A DNA stretch of 54,580 nucleotides. It comes from Nitrospiraceae bacterium. Lineage in GTDB: Bacteria > Nitrospirota > Nitrospiria > Nitrospirales > Nitrospiraceae. The notes under the pieces were generated by a model. That model worked only from the letters and a program-made list of their open reading frames with translations. It did no database searches and was not told where the DNA came from. Made by a program: the position numbers and the translations under genes. The stretch covers positions 8,990-63,569 of the forward strand of contig JBBIQV010000003.1 in assembly GCA_037442105.1 (NCBI GenBank), written 5' to 3'. Below, piece after piece: positions 1 to 10,133 of this stretch. Each line of letters starts with the position of its first letter. The stretch's first letter is position 1.

Positions 1-878
1 TCAAGGTCCATGGGTATCTGACCCGTCACCCGCAAAAGCTTGGACACACGCTCGAAGGGGTGCCGGTTATCGGCCTCTACGGAGATCTGGAAAAGTTTGC
101 GCCGGCCTTAGACATTGTCTTTCTGTGCCTCCCGCCGGATGCCGAACAGCACGCTGAAAAAATGTTGAACTACTTGGCCACCACGACCGTGGAAGTGAAA
201 GTGCTCCCAGCCATTTATGAGTTCAGTACGCTTCGGGCGGAAGCGGAGATGTTCGAGGGGTTGCCCGTCATTACGTTGCAAGGGTCTCCGCTGTACGGAT
301 GGAATGTGGTGCTGAAACGAGCCAGCGATGTGCTCGGCGCCGCCGTTGCACTGATTGTGACCTTGCCGATCCAAGTCTTGGCGGCCGCGTTGATCAAACT
401 GACCTCTCCCGGGCCGATCTTTTTCGCGCAGGAGCGGATGGGATTGGATGGAAGACCATTCTCGATGTTGAAATTCCGGACGATGCAGGCCGACCATCCT
501 GGCGATACCGTCCTGCTGACGCCTAAGAATGATCCTCGGGTGACCTCTGTCGGCCGCTGGTTGAGACGCACGAGCGTTGATGAGCTGCCGCAGTTCTGGA
601 ACGTGTTAAAAGGAGAGATGAGCATCGTCGGTCCCAGACCCGAACGATCATGGGTGGTCGAGCAGGTGCGCAAGCAGATCCCACTCTATATGCTGAAGCA
701 CAAGATGAAGGCCGGCATTACCGGCTGGGCTCAGGTGAATGGTTGGCGTGGGGACACCTTGCTCGAGAAGCGGATCGAGTACGACCTTTACTATATCGAG
801 CATTGGTCCCTCTGGTTTGACATGAAGATCATGCTCTTGACGCTGTGGCGTGGACTGATTCACAAGCACGCGTATTAG
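1..878 (+). CDS. Polyprenyl glycosylphosphotransferase (bacterial sugar transferase, WbaP/ExoY-type C-terminal catalytic domain); 5' partial, frame stays open to window start
   Basis: Translation has the typical C-terminal sugar-transferase domain (TSPGPIFFAQERMGLDGRPFSMLKFRTM ... DELPQFWNVLKGEMSIVGPRPE). No stop upstream in frame back to nt 3, so the GTG at 60 is probably internal. Confidence 0.8.
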   Translation, partial: KVHGYLTRHPQKLGHTLEGVPVIGLYGDLEKFAPALDIVFLCLPPDAEQHAEKMLNYLATTTVEVKVLPAIYEFSTLRAEAEMFEGLPVITLQGSPLYGWNVVLKRASDVLGAAVALIVTLPIQVLAAALIKLTSPGPIFFAQERMGLDGRPFSMLKFRTMQADHPGDTVLLTPKNDPRVTSVGRWLRRTSVDELPQFWNVLKGEMSIVGPRPERSWVVEQVRKQIPLYMLKHKMKAGITGWAQVNGWRGDTLLEKRIEYDLYYIEHWSLWFDMKIMLLTLWRGLIHKHAY

Positions 879-986
879 CAAGACGAAATATGCTATCCCA
901 GGCTGGGATCGCGATGCCGCATTGGCGGGAAGCGTTGACACGGTTCATGAAAGAGGTTAAGGCTATATGAAAATTAACCCGGAGCG

Positions 987-1982
987 TTGGCGATGAAACG
1001 CGCGTTGATCACGGGCATTACAGGACAAGATGGGTCGTACCTGGCCGAACTGCTGCTGCAAAAAGGCTACGAGGTGCATGGTCTCATTCGGCGGGTGGCG
1101 ATCGAAGACCCTGAGCATCGGTTGTGGCGGCTTAACCCTATTCGAGAACATCTTCGCCTCCACGCGGCATCGCTGGAAAGCTTGCCGAGCATCTATCGCG
1201 TCCTTCAGGCGGTCGGCCCCCACGAGTGCTATCACCTCGGCGCTCAAAGTTTTGTGGCGTATTCGTTCGAAGACGAATTTTCAACATTGAACGCGAATAT
1301 CAACGGCACGCATCACATGCTCGCCGCGCTTCGAGATGTGGTGCCGCACTGCCGGTTTTATTTTGCGGCATCCAGCGAGATGTTCGGCAAGGTCGAGCAG
1401 GTTCCTCAGAATGAATCGACGCCGTTCCATCCCCGCTCCGCCTATGGCATCTCCAAGGTGGCCGGTTTCGACCTGACGCGGAATTACCGTGAAGCGTACG
1501 GCATCTTCGCCTGTTGCGGCATCTTGTATAACCATGAGTCGCCAAGGCGCGGATATGAGTTCGTGACGAGAAAGATCTCGTCCCATGCGGCAAGAATCAA
1601 GCTGGGTCTGACAAAAGAATTGCGACTCGGCAATCTGGAGTCCCGGCGCGATTGGGGACACGCACGCGACTATGTCGAGGCGATGTGGCTGATGCTCCAA
1701 CAGGATCGGCCGGGGGACTATGTGGTCGCCACCGGCGAGCAACATTCGGTACGCGAATTCGCCGATGCGGCGTTCTCTCACCTGGGGCTGGATTATCGTG
1801 AATATGTCAAAGTCGATCCTCAATTTCTGCGTCCGGCCGATGTGGAAACGTTGCTCGGAGACGCGACAAAAGCCAAGCGAGAACTGGGCTGGTCCTGCCG
1901 AACCAAGTTCAAGGAACTGGTCGAGGAGATGGTGGAAGCCGATCTTCGGTGGTTGACCGAGCGTGGGCCAGGCAAGCACTGA
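987..1982 (+). CDS. gmd: GDP-mannose 4,6-dehydratase
   Basis: N-terminal Rossmann motif ITGITGQDGSYLAELLL; full-length short-chain dehydratase with conserved Ser/Tyr/Lys region (SSEMFG ... YGISKVAG); 331 aa. Confidence 0.9.
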   Translation: MAMKRALITGITGQDGSYLAELLLQKGYEVHGLIRRVAIEDPEHRLWRLNPIREHLRLHAASLESLPSIYRVLQAVGPHECYHLGAQSFVAYSFEDEFSTLNANINGTHHMLAALRDVVPHCRFYFAASSEMFGKVEQVPQNESTPFHPRSAYGISKVAGFDLTRNYREAYGIFACCGILYNHESPRRGYEFVTRKISSHAARIKLGLTKELRLGNLESRRDWGHARDYVEAMWLMLQQDRPGDYVVATGEQHSVREFADAAFSHLGLDYREYVKVDPQFLRPADVETLLGDATKAKRELGWSCRTKFKELVEEMVEADLRWLTERGPGKH

Positions 1983-2537
1983 ATGACATCTGCTTCAACG
2001 CGCAACACCTCTGTTCGCCGGAGCCGGTTCCAGCGCAAGCTTGGAAAGATTCGTTTGTTCGCCACCGATGTCGACGGAGTCTTGACCGATGCCGGCATGT
2101 ATTATTCGGAGTCGGGGGATGAATGGAAAAAATTCAACACGCGGGACGGGATGGGGATCAAGCTGCTTCAGAAGGCCGGACTCATCACGGCTATTGTGAC
2201 GATGGAGCGGACGAAACTCGTAAACCGTCGGGCGGAGAAACTCGCCGTCCCTGAAGTGCACCAGGGCGTTACAGACAAATTAGGCATACTTCGCGATATG
2301 GTTGCGCGGCATGGACTGACGTTGGAGCAAGTGGCTTATATTGGTGATGACGTCAATGACGTGGAGGCCTTGCAAGCGGTGGGGTTCTCCGCTTCTCCGG
2401 CCGATGGGCTGCCGCCGGTGTTGGCCGTGGTGGACTACGTGTGCCGAAAAAAAGGCGGCGAAGGGGCGGTGCGGGAGGTGGCGGATATGATTCTGGCCGC
2501 GCAGGCGCCCGGGACAGAGGCTCGATGTAAGAGGTGA
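1983..2537 (+). CDS. HAD-IIIA family phosphatase, KdsC-like (3-deoxy-manno-octulosonate-8-phosphate phosphatase family)
   Basis: FATDVDGVLTD HAD motif I, IGDDVNDVEAL motif, YrbI/KdsC-like length (184 aa). ATG directly follows gmd stop (TGAATG). Confidence 0.7.
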   Translation: MTSASTRNTSVRRSRFQRKLGKIRLFATDVDGVLTDAGMYYSESGDEWKKFNTRDGMGIKLLQKAGLITAIVTMERTKLVNRRAEKLAVPEVHQGVTDKLGILRDMVARHGLTLEQVAYIGDDVNDVEALQAVGFSASPADGLPPVLAVVDYVCRKKGGEGAVREVADMILAAQAPGTEARCKR

Positions 2538-2547
2538 TAGAAACAGG

Positions 2548-4065
2548 ATGACGGCAAAGACTCGAAATGAGGCGAGGGACACGAGGCAAGGGGCGCGGGG
2601 CGAGGGACAGCTCTTGTGCCCCTTGCCTCATCTTTATCCGGTGATCCTGGCGGGCGGGAGCGGCACGCGGTTTTGGCCATTGAGCCGGCACCTGTATCCC
2701 AAGCAATTGCTTCGGATCATCGGCGAGGAGACCCTGATCCAGCAGACGATGCGTCGTGTGCTCGGGTGCGCGGCAGCCGGCCGGGTCATGATTTCGACCA
2801 ATCCGGCGCAGGCCGATTCCATCCGGGTCCAGCTTGGCGAGTGGAAGGATGCGCTCAAGGACAATTTCGTCATCGAACCGGAAGGGCGGAACACCGCGCC
2901 GGCCATTGCGCTCGTGGCGCTCGAATTGGTCAGGCGGGATCCCCAGGCCACTATGGTGGTTCTGCCGGCGGATCACGTCATCACAGGGGAAAAACGATTC
3001 CAGGCGGCAGTGGCTCTCGGAGCAGATCTCGCGGCCAAGGGCTATCTGGTCACATTCGGGATTAAGCCCACGAGACCAGAGACTGGTTATGGTTACATCC
3101 AGCCCAAGGAGCAAGTACGTCTGGCGTCGAAGGGAAAGTTGGTCGGGCATCCGGTCAAGCGGTTCGTCGAAAAGCCCGACGCCGGCAAGGCGGCTCAGTA
3201 TCTCAAAGCGGGGAACTATTACTGGAACAGCGGCATGTTCGTGTGGCGCGCGGCGACGATTCTCGAGGAACTCGCCGTCCATCAACCGGCTCTCGCTCGC
3301 GCGATGGACAAGATCGACACATTGGTTGTGTCGGGGGCATCTCACGTTTCAGTTGACGAGGCGTACCGGAAACTGGCTCCTGTCTCGATCGATAATGGTG
3401 TCATGGAGCTTTCGTCGCGCGCCGTGATGATTCCTGTTGACTTCACCTGGTCGGATGTAGGCAATTGGAGCAGCTTGGAGGAGGTTGCCGCGCGCGACAA
3501 AGCCGGGAATGTCGTGAGCGGCCGCGTCGTCGATGTCGATAGTCGTAACTCTATCATGTATGCGGATCGCCGCCTGGTTGCCACGATCGGGCTTGAGGAC
3601 ATGGTGGTTGTTGACACACCCGATGCCACTCTGGTTTGCCCCAAGACCCGCTCGCAGGACGTCAAGAAAGTGGTGGAGATTCTCAAGAAGCAGGGCGCGC
3701 CGGAGCATCTCGAGCATCTGACGATTTTCCGGCCCTGGGGATCGTACACGGTGCTGGAAGAAGGGCCGGGCTACAAGGTGAAGCGGGTGACGGTAAATCC
3801 CGGTGGGCGTCTCTCTCTGCAGATGCACCACAGGCGGAGCGAACACTGGGTCGTCATTGCCGGGACCGCGCGTGTGACGCGCGAGGGAGACGTGTTTGAC
3901 TTGGCTGTCGGGCAAAGTACGGCGATTCCTGTGGAGACACGGCATCGTTTGGAGAATCCATGCAAAGACACATTGCACATTATTGAAGTGCAAAACGGCC
4001 CCTATGTGGGCGAGGACGATATTGTCCGGTTCCAGGACGACTACGGACGTAACGTGAAACAGTGA
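2548..4065 (+). CDS. manC: Mannose-1-phosphate guanylyltransferase / mannose-6-phosphate isomerase (bifunctional, type II PMI with C-terminal cupin)
   Basis: PVILAGGSGTRFWPLSR nucleotidyltransferase motif, C-terminal cupin; 505 aa. N-terminal ~28 aa may be an extension. Confidence 0.85.
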   Translation: MTAKTRNEARDTRQGARGEGQLLCPLPHLYPVILAGGSGTRFWPLSRHLYPKQLLRIIGEETLIQQTMRRVLGCAAAGRVMISTNPAQADSIRVQLGEWKDALKDNFVIEPEGRNTAPAIALVALELVRRDPQATMVVLPADHVITGEKRFQAAVALGADLAAKGYLVTFGIKPTRPETGYGYIQPKEQVRLASKGKLVGHPVKRFVEKPDAGKAAQYLKAGNYYWNSGMFVWRAATILEELAVHQPALARAMDKIDTLVVSGASHVSVDEAYRKLAPVSIDNGVMELSSRAVMIPVDFTWSDVGNWSSLEEVAARDKAGNVVSGRVVDVDSRNSIMYADRRLVATIGLEDMVVVDTPDATLVCPKTRSQDVKKVVEILKKQGAPEHLEHLTIFRPWGSYTVLEEGPGYKVKRVTVNPGGRLSLQMHHRRSEHWVVIAGTARVTREGDVFDLAVGQSTAIPVETRHRLENPCKDTLHIIEVQNGPYVGEDDIVRFQDDYGRNVKQ

Positions 4066-4156
4066 TAGGTGATCGGTGATGCGTGACGAGTTGGGAATTC
4101 CTCTGACCGCGCAAGACCGGTCACCCATCACCCATCACTCATCACGGGAGTTAGGA

Positions 4157-5554
4157 ATGGGACTCTTTCGAGAATACGACCTGCGCGGCATCGTCGGGAA
4201 AGAATTAACCGAGGACATTGCGGAACGCATCGGGCGGGCCTACTGCACGTATGTCCAGAACAAAGGTATACGAACCATTGCGTTGGGGCGTGATGGCCGT
4301 CTGAGTTCACCGGCGTTGCGGGAGAGTCTGCTGCGCGGCCTTCTTGGAGGCGGCCTGAACGTCATTGACATCGGGGCTTGTCCGTCCCCTCTGCTGTATT
4401 TTTCTCTGTTCAATTTGCCGGTCGAAGGCGGCATCATGATCACCGGCAGCCACAATGCGGCGGAGTATAACGGTTTCAAGGTCTGTGTCGGTCAAGAGAC
4501 GATCCACGGGGAAGAGATCCAGCACCTGCGGAAAGTGATGGAGGCGGGGAAGTTCGTGTCCGGGAACGGGACATTGTCCAGCCACCCGATCATCCCCGAC
4601 TACCTGGCGTACCTCAAGAAGAGTTTTGCCGGGGTCCGGGCTGAGCATTTGCATGTCGCAATCGATTGCGGCAATGGTGCGGCGGCGTTAGTCGCCAAAC
4701 AGGCGGTCGAACAACTGGGCTGCCGTGTCACAGGCCTCTACTGTGACCTCGACGGCCGGTTTCCCAATCACCACCCCGATCCGACGGTCATCGAGAATCT
4801 GCACGATCTGATGAAGGTCGTGAAAGAGAAGAAAGCCGACGTAGGGATCGGTTACGACGGCGATGCCGACCGTATCGGCGCCGTCGATGAAAAGGGAAAT
4901 GTTCTGTGGGGTGACCGGCTGATGGTGATTTATTCGCGGGATATTCTTGCGGATAAGCCGGGCGGGACCATCATCTCCGAAGTCAAAGCCTCCCAGTGCT
5001 TGTACGACGATATCGCCAAGCGTGGCGGGCGGCCGATCATGTGGAAGACCGGCCATTCCCTTATCAAAGCCAAAATGAAGGCCGAGCAGGCGGTTTTGGC
5101 CGGAGAGATGTCCGGGCACATGTTTTTCGCCGATCGCTATTTCGGCTACGATGACGCGGTATACGCATCCTGCCGGCTGATTGAAATTTTGGCCAAAACG
5201 AAATCCCCTCTGTCGAGTTTGGTCGCCGACCTTCCTCCGACCACGGTCACGCCGGAAATTCGAGTGGATTGTCCGGACACCATCAAGTTTCAATTAGCCC
5301 AGAAGGTCCATGAACAGTGTGCCGCTGCTCTGCAGGCCCGCCGGCCGTTGGGCGCAGCAGGACCTCTGCGGGAATTGGTGACGATCGACGGTGTCCGAGC
5401 CATTTTCGAGCATGGGTGGGGGCTCATCCGCGCGTCCAACACGCAGCCGGCCCTGGTGTTGCGGTTCGAAGCGACATCCCAGGAACGACTCACAGCCATT
5501 CGCGCCGCCATCGAGGCGGAACTAGACCACGCGCGGCATGCGCTTGGCCGGTAA
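4157..5554 (+). CDS. manB: Phosphomannomutase/phosphoglucomutase
   Basis: Active-site loop ITGSHNAAEYNGFK, Mg loop GYDGDADR, GEMSGH sugar-binding loop. Start moved to ATG 4157 (GGGAG 6 nt upstream) rather than the ORF-track ATG 4076. Confidence 0.85.
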   Translation: MGLFREYDLRGIVGKELTEDIAERIGRAYCTYVQNKGIRTIALGRDGRLSSPALRESLLRGLLGGGLNVIDIGACPSPLLYFSLFNLPVEGGIMITGSHNAAEYNGFKVCVGQETIHGEEIQHLRKVMEAGKFVSGNGTLSSHPIIPDYLAYLKKSFAGVRAEHLHVAIDCGNGAAALVAKQAVEQLGCRVTGLYCDLDGRFPNHHPDPTVIENLHDLMKVVKEKKADVGIGYDGDADRIGAVDEKGNVLWGDRLMVIYSRDILADKPGGTIISEVKASQCLYDDIAKRGGRPIMWKTGHSLIKAKMKAEQAVLAGEMSGHMFFADRYFGYDDAVYASCRLIEILAKTKSPLSSLVADLPPTTVTPEIRVDCPDTIKFQLAQKVHEQCAAALQARRPLGAAGPLRELVTIDGVRAIFEHGWGLIRASNTQPALVLRFEATSQERLTAIRAAIEAELDHARHALGR

Positions 5555-5556
5555 CG

Positions 5557-6390
5557 GTGACCTTCCACGTCTCTTTCCTGTCTGCTCTCCGCTTCCGGTT
5601 CGTTTCAGCTCTCCTGATCCTGCCCGTCTCCTTCTTCCTGAGTGAATCTCCTTTGCCGGCCGGTGTAGCAGGTTCCGCGGACGGGGCGACAGGTCTTGCG
5701 CCGAAACATCCGTTTGTGCCGGGCGAACGATTCAGCTATGAGATCTCGTGGCTCGGTATCACCGCTGGAACGGCGGTGATGGAAGTGACCGACGGAGAAC
5801 GGCGCGCAGACCAGTCGACCGTGAGGTTGGTGACGAGCGCTACATCGAGCCCGTTCGTCACCAAGTTTTATCCGGTCCACAACCGTGTCGAATCGACGGT
5901 CGATTTCGACACGCTGCAACCCCGGCGCATGGTCTTCCAACGCCGCGAAGGCAAGCGTAAGAACGACTTCGACTATACGTTCCATCACGCTGAAGGCACG
6001 GTTACGGCGGTCAAGGATGGTGTGACGGATACTTTGCCGATCCCGGCGGGGACGCAGGATGCGATTTCCTGTCTGTACTACACGCGAGAATCGTTGTTGC
6101 TTCAGCCCGGGGTGTCCTTGACCATGAACGTGCACCACGACAAAAAGAACTACAAGCTTGAGGTGCGGGTGGAAGCCATCGAAACCTTGGAGGGACCCTG
6201 GGGGAAAGCCGAGACGGCCAGAGTGTTGGCGATCATGCCCTTCCAGGGAATCTTCCTGAACCAGGGCAATGTCCGTGTCTGGTTTACCACGGATGAACGC
6301 CGCGTACCGGTTCGGATGAAGGCGAAAGTGATCATCGGCTCAATCGTCGCGGATCTGGTCGATGGGTTTCGCACAGGGGTCGTTCGGTAA
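5557..6390 (+). CDS. DUF3108-family secreted protein
   Basis: Signal-peptide-like N-terminus after a GTG at 5557, immediately after manB stop. The upstream part of the ORF-track frame overlaps manB and is not plausible. Confidence 0.55.
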   Translation: MTFHVSFLSALRFRFVSALLILPVSFFLSESPLPAGVAGSADGATGLAPKHPFVPGERFSYEISWLGITAGTAVMEVTDGERRADQSTVRLVTSATSSPFVTKFYPVHNRVESTVDFDTLQPRRMVFQRREGKRKNDFDYTFHHAEGTVTAVKDGVTDTLPIPAGTQDAISCLYYTRESLLLQPGVSLTMNVHHDKKNYKLEVRVEAIETLEGPWGKAETARVLAIMPFQGIFLNQGNVRVWFTTDERRVPVRMKAKVIIGSIVADLVDGFRTGVVR

Positions 6391-6402
6391 ACCTCCCCTT
6401 TG

Positions 6403-6432
6403 ATTGCTCGTCCGTGCCGGAACCGATATAAT
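6403..6432 (+). promoter_or_regulatory. Sigma70-like promoter candidate upstream of fbp (TTGCTC-17 nt-TATAAT)
   Basis: Hexamers read directly from sequence with 17-nt spacing, ~90 nt upstream of the fbp start. Confidence 0.35.
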
Positions 6433-6521
6433 TGCGCGACAACCGCAAGTCGTTTGCCGGCAGCAGTATGAGATATTCCCAGTGAGGAGACGCTGTGTTG
6501 TGCATGTAAAGGCGAGGGACT

Positions 6522-7532
6522 ATGGTGCAATCATTTCCGGTAAACTTAAGTCGTTTTATCATTGAAAAACAGCGGACCTATCCCGAAGCGACCGGCGAGT
6601 TTTCCATCCTGCTGACGCAAATTGGGTTAGTCGGAAAGATGATTGCCCGCGACCTGCGGCGGGCTGGACTGATCAATATTCTCGGAAGCACCGGCGAGAC
6701 CAACGTCCAAGGCGAGACGGTCAAAAAACTCGACGAACTCGCCAATGACACCTTCGTCAAAGTCTTCCACCACAGCGGGCTCGTCAGTATCCTCGCATCC
6801 GAAGAGATGGAAAAGCCTCTTGAGTTACCTCACCAGTGGCCGCACGGCAAGTACATGCTCTTGTTCGACCCGTTGGATGGGTCGTCGAACACCGATGTGA
6901 ACATGCCGCTGGGTGCCATTTTTTCCGTGCTCCGCTATGAAGGCAAGGAGCGCCCGCCGTTCGAAGCGGAGCTCTTGCGGAAGGGAACCGAGCAAGTCGC
7001 AGCCGGATATCTGCTCTATGGATCGAGCACGATGCTGGTGTTCACGGTGGGGCAGGGCGTGCACGGGTTCACCCTCGATCCCACCATCGGCGAGTATCTG
7101 CTGTCGCATGAGCGGATCACGATCCCACCGAAAGGGAAGGTCTATGGGGCGAACGAGGGGAACTATCACAAGTGGACGGCCGGTACGCGGAAATACTTCG
7201 ACCACATCAAAATCCAAGACAAGGCTTCAGGACGTCCCTACAGCGCCCGCTATTCGGGCTGCCTGGTAGCCGATGTGCACCGGATCTTGCTCGGAGGAGG
7301 GATCTATCTTTATCCGGGGGAGGTCGATAAGCCGGAAGGGAAGCTGCGGCTGCTGTATGAGGCTAATCCCCTGGCCATGGTCGTGGAGCAGGCCGGCGGC
7401 CGAGCCAGCACGGGGACGACACGCGTTCTTGATGTGGAGCCGAAGACGCTCCATCAGCGCGTTCCGTTGATCATCGGCAGTGCGGAAGACGTCCGGACGG
7501 CAGAGGAGTTCATTCAAGATAAACGCGGTTAA
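6522..7532 (+). CDS. fbp: Fructose-1,6-bisphosphatase class 1
   Basis: Typical class I FBPase N-terminus (TLSRFIIEKQ-like) and metal-binding DGSSN motif; 336 aa. Confidence 0.9.
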   Translation: MVQSFPVNLSRFIIEKQRTYPEATGEFSILLTQIGLVGKMIARDLRRAGLINILGSTGETNVQGETVKKLDELANDTFVKVFHHSGLVSILASEEMEKPLELPHQWPHGKYMLLFDPLDGSSNTDVNMPLGAIFSVLRYEGKERPPFEAELLRKGTEQVAAGYLLYGSSTMLVFTVGQGVHGFTLDPTIGEYLLSHERITIPPKGKVYGANEGNYHKWTAGTRKYFDHIKIQDKASGRPYSARYSGCLVADVHRILLGGGIYLYPGEVDKPEGKLRLLYEANPLAMVVEQAGGRASTGTTRVLDVEPKTLHQRVPLIIGSAEDVRTAEEFIQDKRG

Positions 7533-7579
7533 CCACTCGCCACTCACGATTGACGACTCACGACCCACGGGAGGATGCC

Positions 7580-8503
7580 ATGGCTGATCGAATCCAAGAA
7601 ATCCTGAGTTGGTACGGAAGCGATAACGCTGGGACCAAGACGAACATCGCTCGCCTGCTGGGTCATGGCACGCTTGCCGGAACGGGCAAGTTAGTCATCC
7701 TGCCTGTGGACCAAGGGTTCGAGCACGGTCCTGCGCGGAGCTTTGCGCCGAACCCGCCCGGCTACAATCCGCACTATCACTTCCAGCTCGCCATCGATGC
7801 GGGCTGCAACGCCTACGCGGCACCGCTCGGGTTTCTGGAGGCCGGCGCCGGCCAGTTCGCAGGGCGGATTCCGTTGATTCTGAAATTGAACAACCATGAT
7901 GTGCTGCACGACGACAAGGATCCGCTGTCGTCCGTCACGGGGAGCGTGCGAGATGCCTTACGACTCGGTTGTTGCGCCGTCGGGTTTACGATTTATCCAG
8001 GGTCCGCCCACTGCAACACGATGTATGAACAGTTGCGGGCGATTGCGGAGGAGGCCAAGAGTTATGGCCTGGCCGTCGTGGTGTGGTCGTACCCACGCGG
8101 GTCTACTCTGAGCAAAGAAGGTGAAACGGCGATCGATGTGGTGGCCTATGCGGCGCAGATTGCGGCGCAGTTGGGCGCCCACATCATCAAGGTCAAGCTC
8201 CCCACGTCACATTTAGAGCAGGCCGCGGCGAAGAAGGTCTATGAAGCCGAGCAGGTTCCGATCAAGACGTTGCCCGAACGGGTCAAGCATGTGGTGCAGA
8301 GCGCCTTCGACGGACGGCGTATCGTTATCTTCTCGGGCGGGGCCAAGAGCGACGAGAAAACGGTGTTCGAGGAAGCCCGCGCTATTCGCGATGGCGGGGG
8401 CTTCGGCTCGATCATCGGCCGGAACTCCTTCCAGCGCCCGAAGGCGGAAGCCGTCAAGTTCCTCCAGACGATTATGGGCATCTATGCCGGTGACATTCCG
8501 TAG
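7580..8503 (+). CDS. Class I fructose-bisphosphate aldolase (DhnA/archaeal-type, DeoC/LacD-like fold)
   Basis: KLVILPVDQGFEHGP motif typical of DhnA-type aldolases. ATG 7580 has a GGGAGGA RBS; the ORF-track start at 7550 is a TTG. Confidence 0.8.
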   Translation: MADRIQEILSWYGSDNAGTKTNIARLLGHGTLAGTGKLVILPVDQGFEHGPARSFAPNPPGYNPHYHFQLAIDAGCNAYAAPLGFLEAGAGQFAGRIPLILKLNNHDVLHDDKDPLSSVTGSVRDALRLGCCAVGFTIYPGSAHCNTMYEQLRAIAEEAKSYGLAVVVWSYPRGSTLSKEGETAIDVVAYAAQIAAQLGAHIIKVKLPTSHLEQAAAKKVYEAEQVPIKTLPERVKHVVQSAFDGRRIVIFSGGAKSDEKTVFEEARAIRDGGGFGSIIGRNSFQRPKAEAVKFLQTIMGIYAGDIP

Positions 8504-8530
8504 CCGTAACCTTCCGCAGAGAGAAGGATT

Positions 8531-10078
8531 GTGACCAGTTACGAACCACCTGTTACAAGGCAGGGAAAAGGACGCTCGTGGGTGCTGCCCGCACTCCTCC
8601 TGTGTGCCGGAATCCTCATTGGAGTGATTGTGGCGTCGGATCTCGGCTGGCTGCCGACCGGTCACGCGGTCCCAGAGGCCACGCCTCAAGTCAAGCCGGT
8701 CGCGACGGCGGTGCAACCGGTTCTGAGTGGCATGGGCGGCCAGAACTTCGTCGAGATCGCCAAGGCGGTCAAGCCGGCTGTGGTGAATATCTCTACCACG
8801 CGCAGTGGGCGAGGCGGAGAAGGGCCGCATGCGTCGCCCTTCGATGATCCCTTTTTCCGCAGGTTTTTCGGCGATGAGTTCTGGCGACGATTCGAGCAAC
8901 AACAGCCGAGGGAACGGAAGGAGCGGAGCCTTGGATCGGGGGTGATCGTCGATCCGAAGGGTTTGATCATTACGAACAACCATGTGGTGAGCAAGGCCGA
9001 TGAGATCAAGGTGCTCTTATCGGACAAGCGGGAGTTCAAAGCCAAACTGATCGGAACGGACGCCAAGACCGATCTCGCCATCCTGAAGATCGAAGCCGAG
9101 GGGCTTCAGACGGTAGTCTGGGCCGACTCGGACAAGTTGGAAGTCGGGGAGTTCGTGCTGGCGGTCGGCAATCCTTTCGGGCTGACTCAGACCGTGACGA
9201 TGGGGATCGTCAGCGCGGTCGGCCGGGCCAGCATGGGGATTGCGGAATACGAAGACTTCATTCAAACCGACGCGGCCATCAATCCCGGCAACTCCGGCGG
9301 CCCGCTGGTGAATGTGCGCGGCGAACTGGTCGGGATCAATACGGCGATCTTCAGCCAAAGCGGGGGCAACATGGGCATCGGCTTTGCCGTCCCCAGCAAT
9401 ATGGCGCGCTCCGTCATGGACCAGCTCGTCCAGACCGGCAAGGTGGTCCGTGGGTGGCTCGGCGTGTCGATTCAGGAGCTGACGCCGGAATTGGCGGCGC
9501 AATTCGCCCTGAGCGATACGAAGGGGGTCCTCGTCAGCGATGTGATGGACGAGAGTCCGGCGAAAAAGGCCGGGGTTGAGCGTGGCGATGTCATCATCGA
9601 ATTCGACGGCAAGGCCGTGGATACGCCGACGCATCTCCGTAACTCGGTCGCACAGACGCCGATCGGGAAAAAGGTGCTGGTGAAGCTTCTCCGGGATAAG
9701 AAATCCAAGACAATGGAGGTGACGATCACCGAACAGCCAAAATCGATGGCCCAGTCAGGTGGCGAAGAGCCCGGTGAGTCGGCGTCGCCTGCCGGCCTGC
9801 TGGCCGACATCGAGGTGCGGGAGCTCACGGAGGAGTTGGCCGGCCGGTACGGGTTGAAGTCCGGCGAACATGGCCTCATCGTGGTGCGGGTGAAACCCGG
9901 CAGCGCAGCGGAGGAGGTCGGCGTGCGCGAGGGGGATCTGGTTGTCGAAGTGAATCGAAAGGCGGTGACATCACTGAAGGCCTATGAGCGGCTCGCCGCC
10001 GGCTTAGCGAAGGATCAACCGGTGCTCTTGCTGGTGAAACGACAAGGGCACACGATTTACCTGACGATCCGACCATGA
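8531..10078 (+). CDS. degP: Do-family periplasmic serine endoprotease (trypsin domain + two PDZ)
   Basis: Catalytic GNSGGPLVN serine motif, His/Asp regions (TNNHVV, DLAILKI), two PDZ-like C-terminal segments, N-terminal TM/signal. GTG start with AGAAGGA RBS. Confidence 0.9.
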   Translation: MTSYEPPVTRQGKGRSWVLPALLLCAGILIGVIVASDLGWLPTGHAVPEATPQVKPVATAVQPVLSGMGGQNFVEIAKAVKPAVVNISTTRSGRGGEGPHASPFDDPFFRRFFGDEFWRRFEQQQPRERKERSLGSGVIVDPKGLIITNNHVVSKADEIKVLLSDKREFKAKLIGTDAKTDLAILKIEAEGLQTVVWADSDKLEVGEFVLAVGNPFGLTQTVTMGIVSAVGRASMGIAEYEDFIQTDAAINPGNSGGPLVNVRGELVGINTAIFSQSGGNMGIGFAVPSNMARSVMDQLVQTGKVVRGWLGVSIQELTPELAAQFALSDTKGVLVSDVMDESPAKKAGVERGDVIIEFDGKAVDTPTHLRNSVAQTPIGKKVLVKLLRDKKSKTMEVTITEQPKSMAQSGGEEPGESASPAGLLADIEVRELTEELAGRYGLKSGEHGLIVVRVKPGSAAEEVGVREGDLVVEVNRKAVTSLKAYERLAAGLAKDQPVLLLVKRQGHTIYLTIRP

Positions 10079-10133
10079 AGATAGGATTTCAGGTGTCGGT
10101 CGTCAGACAGGCCCATCGAGAGGAGGTGAACGA

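Noticed and set aside
2353-3345. 330-aa minus-strand ORF
   Set aside because: Antisense to manC, Arg/Pro-rich low-complexity translation typical of the GC-rich reverse frame; no RBS or motif.
4076-4156. Upstream ATG start for manB
   Set aside because: The N-terminal 27 aa (MMRDELGIPLTAQDRSPITHHSSRELG) are not part of the conserved PMM/PGM N-terminus; the internal ATG at 4157 has a GGGAG RBS.
7550-7579. ORF-track TTG start for the class I aldolase
   Set aside because: The ATG at 7580 has a strong GGGAGGA RBS at optimal spacing; the TTG has none.
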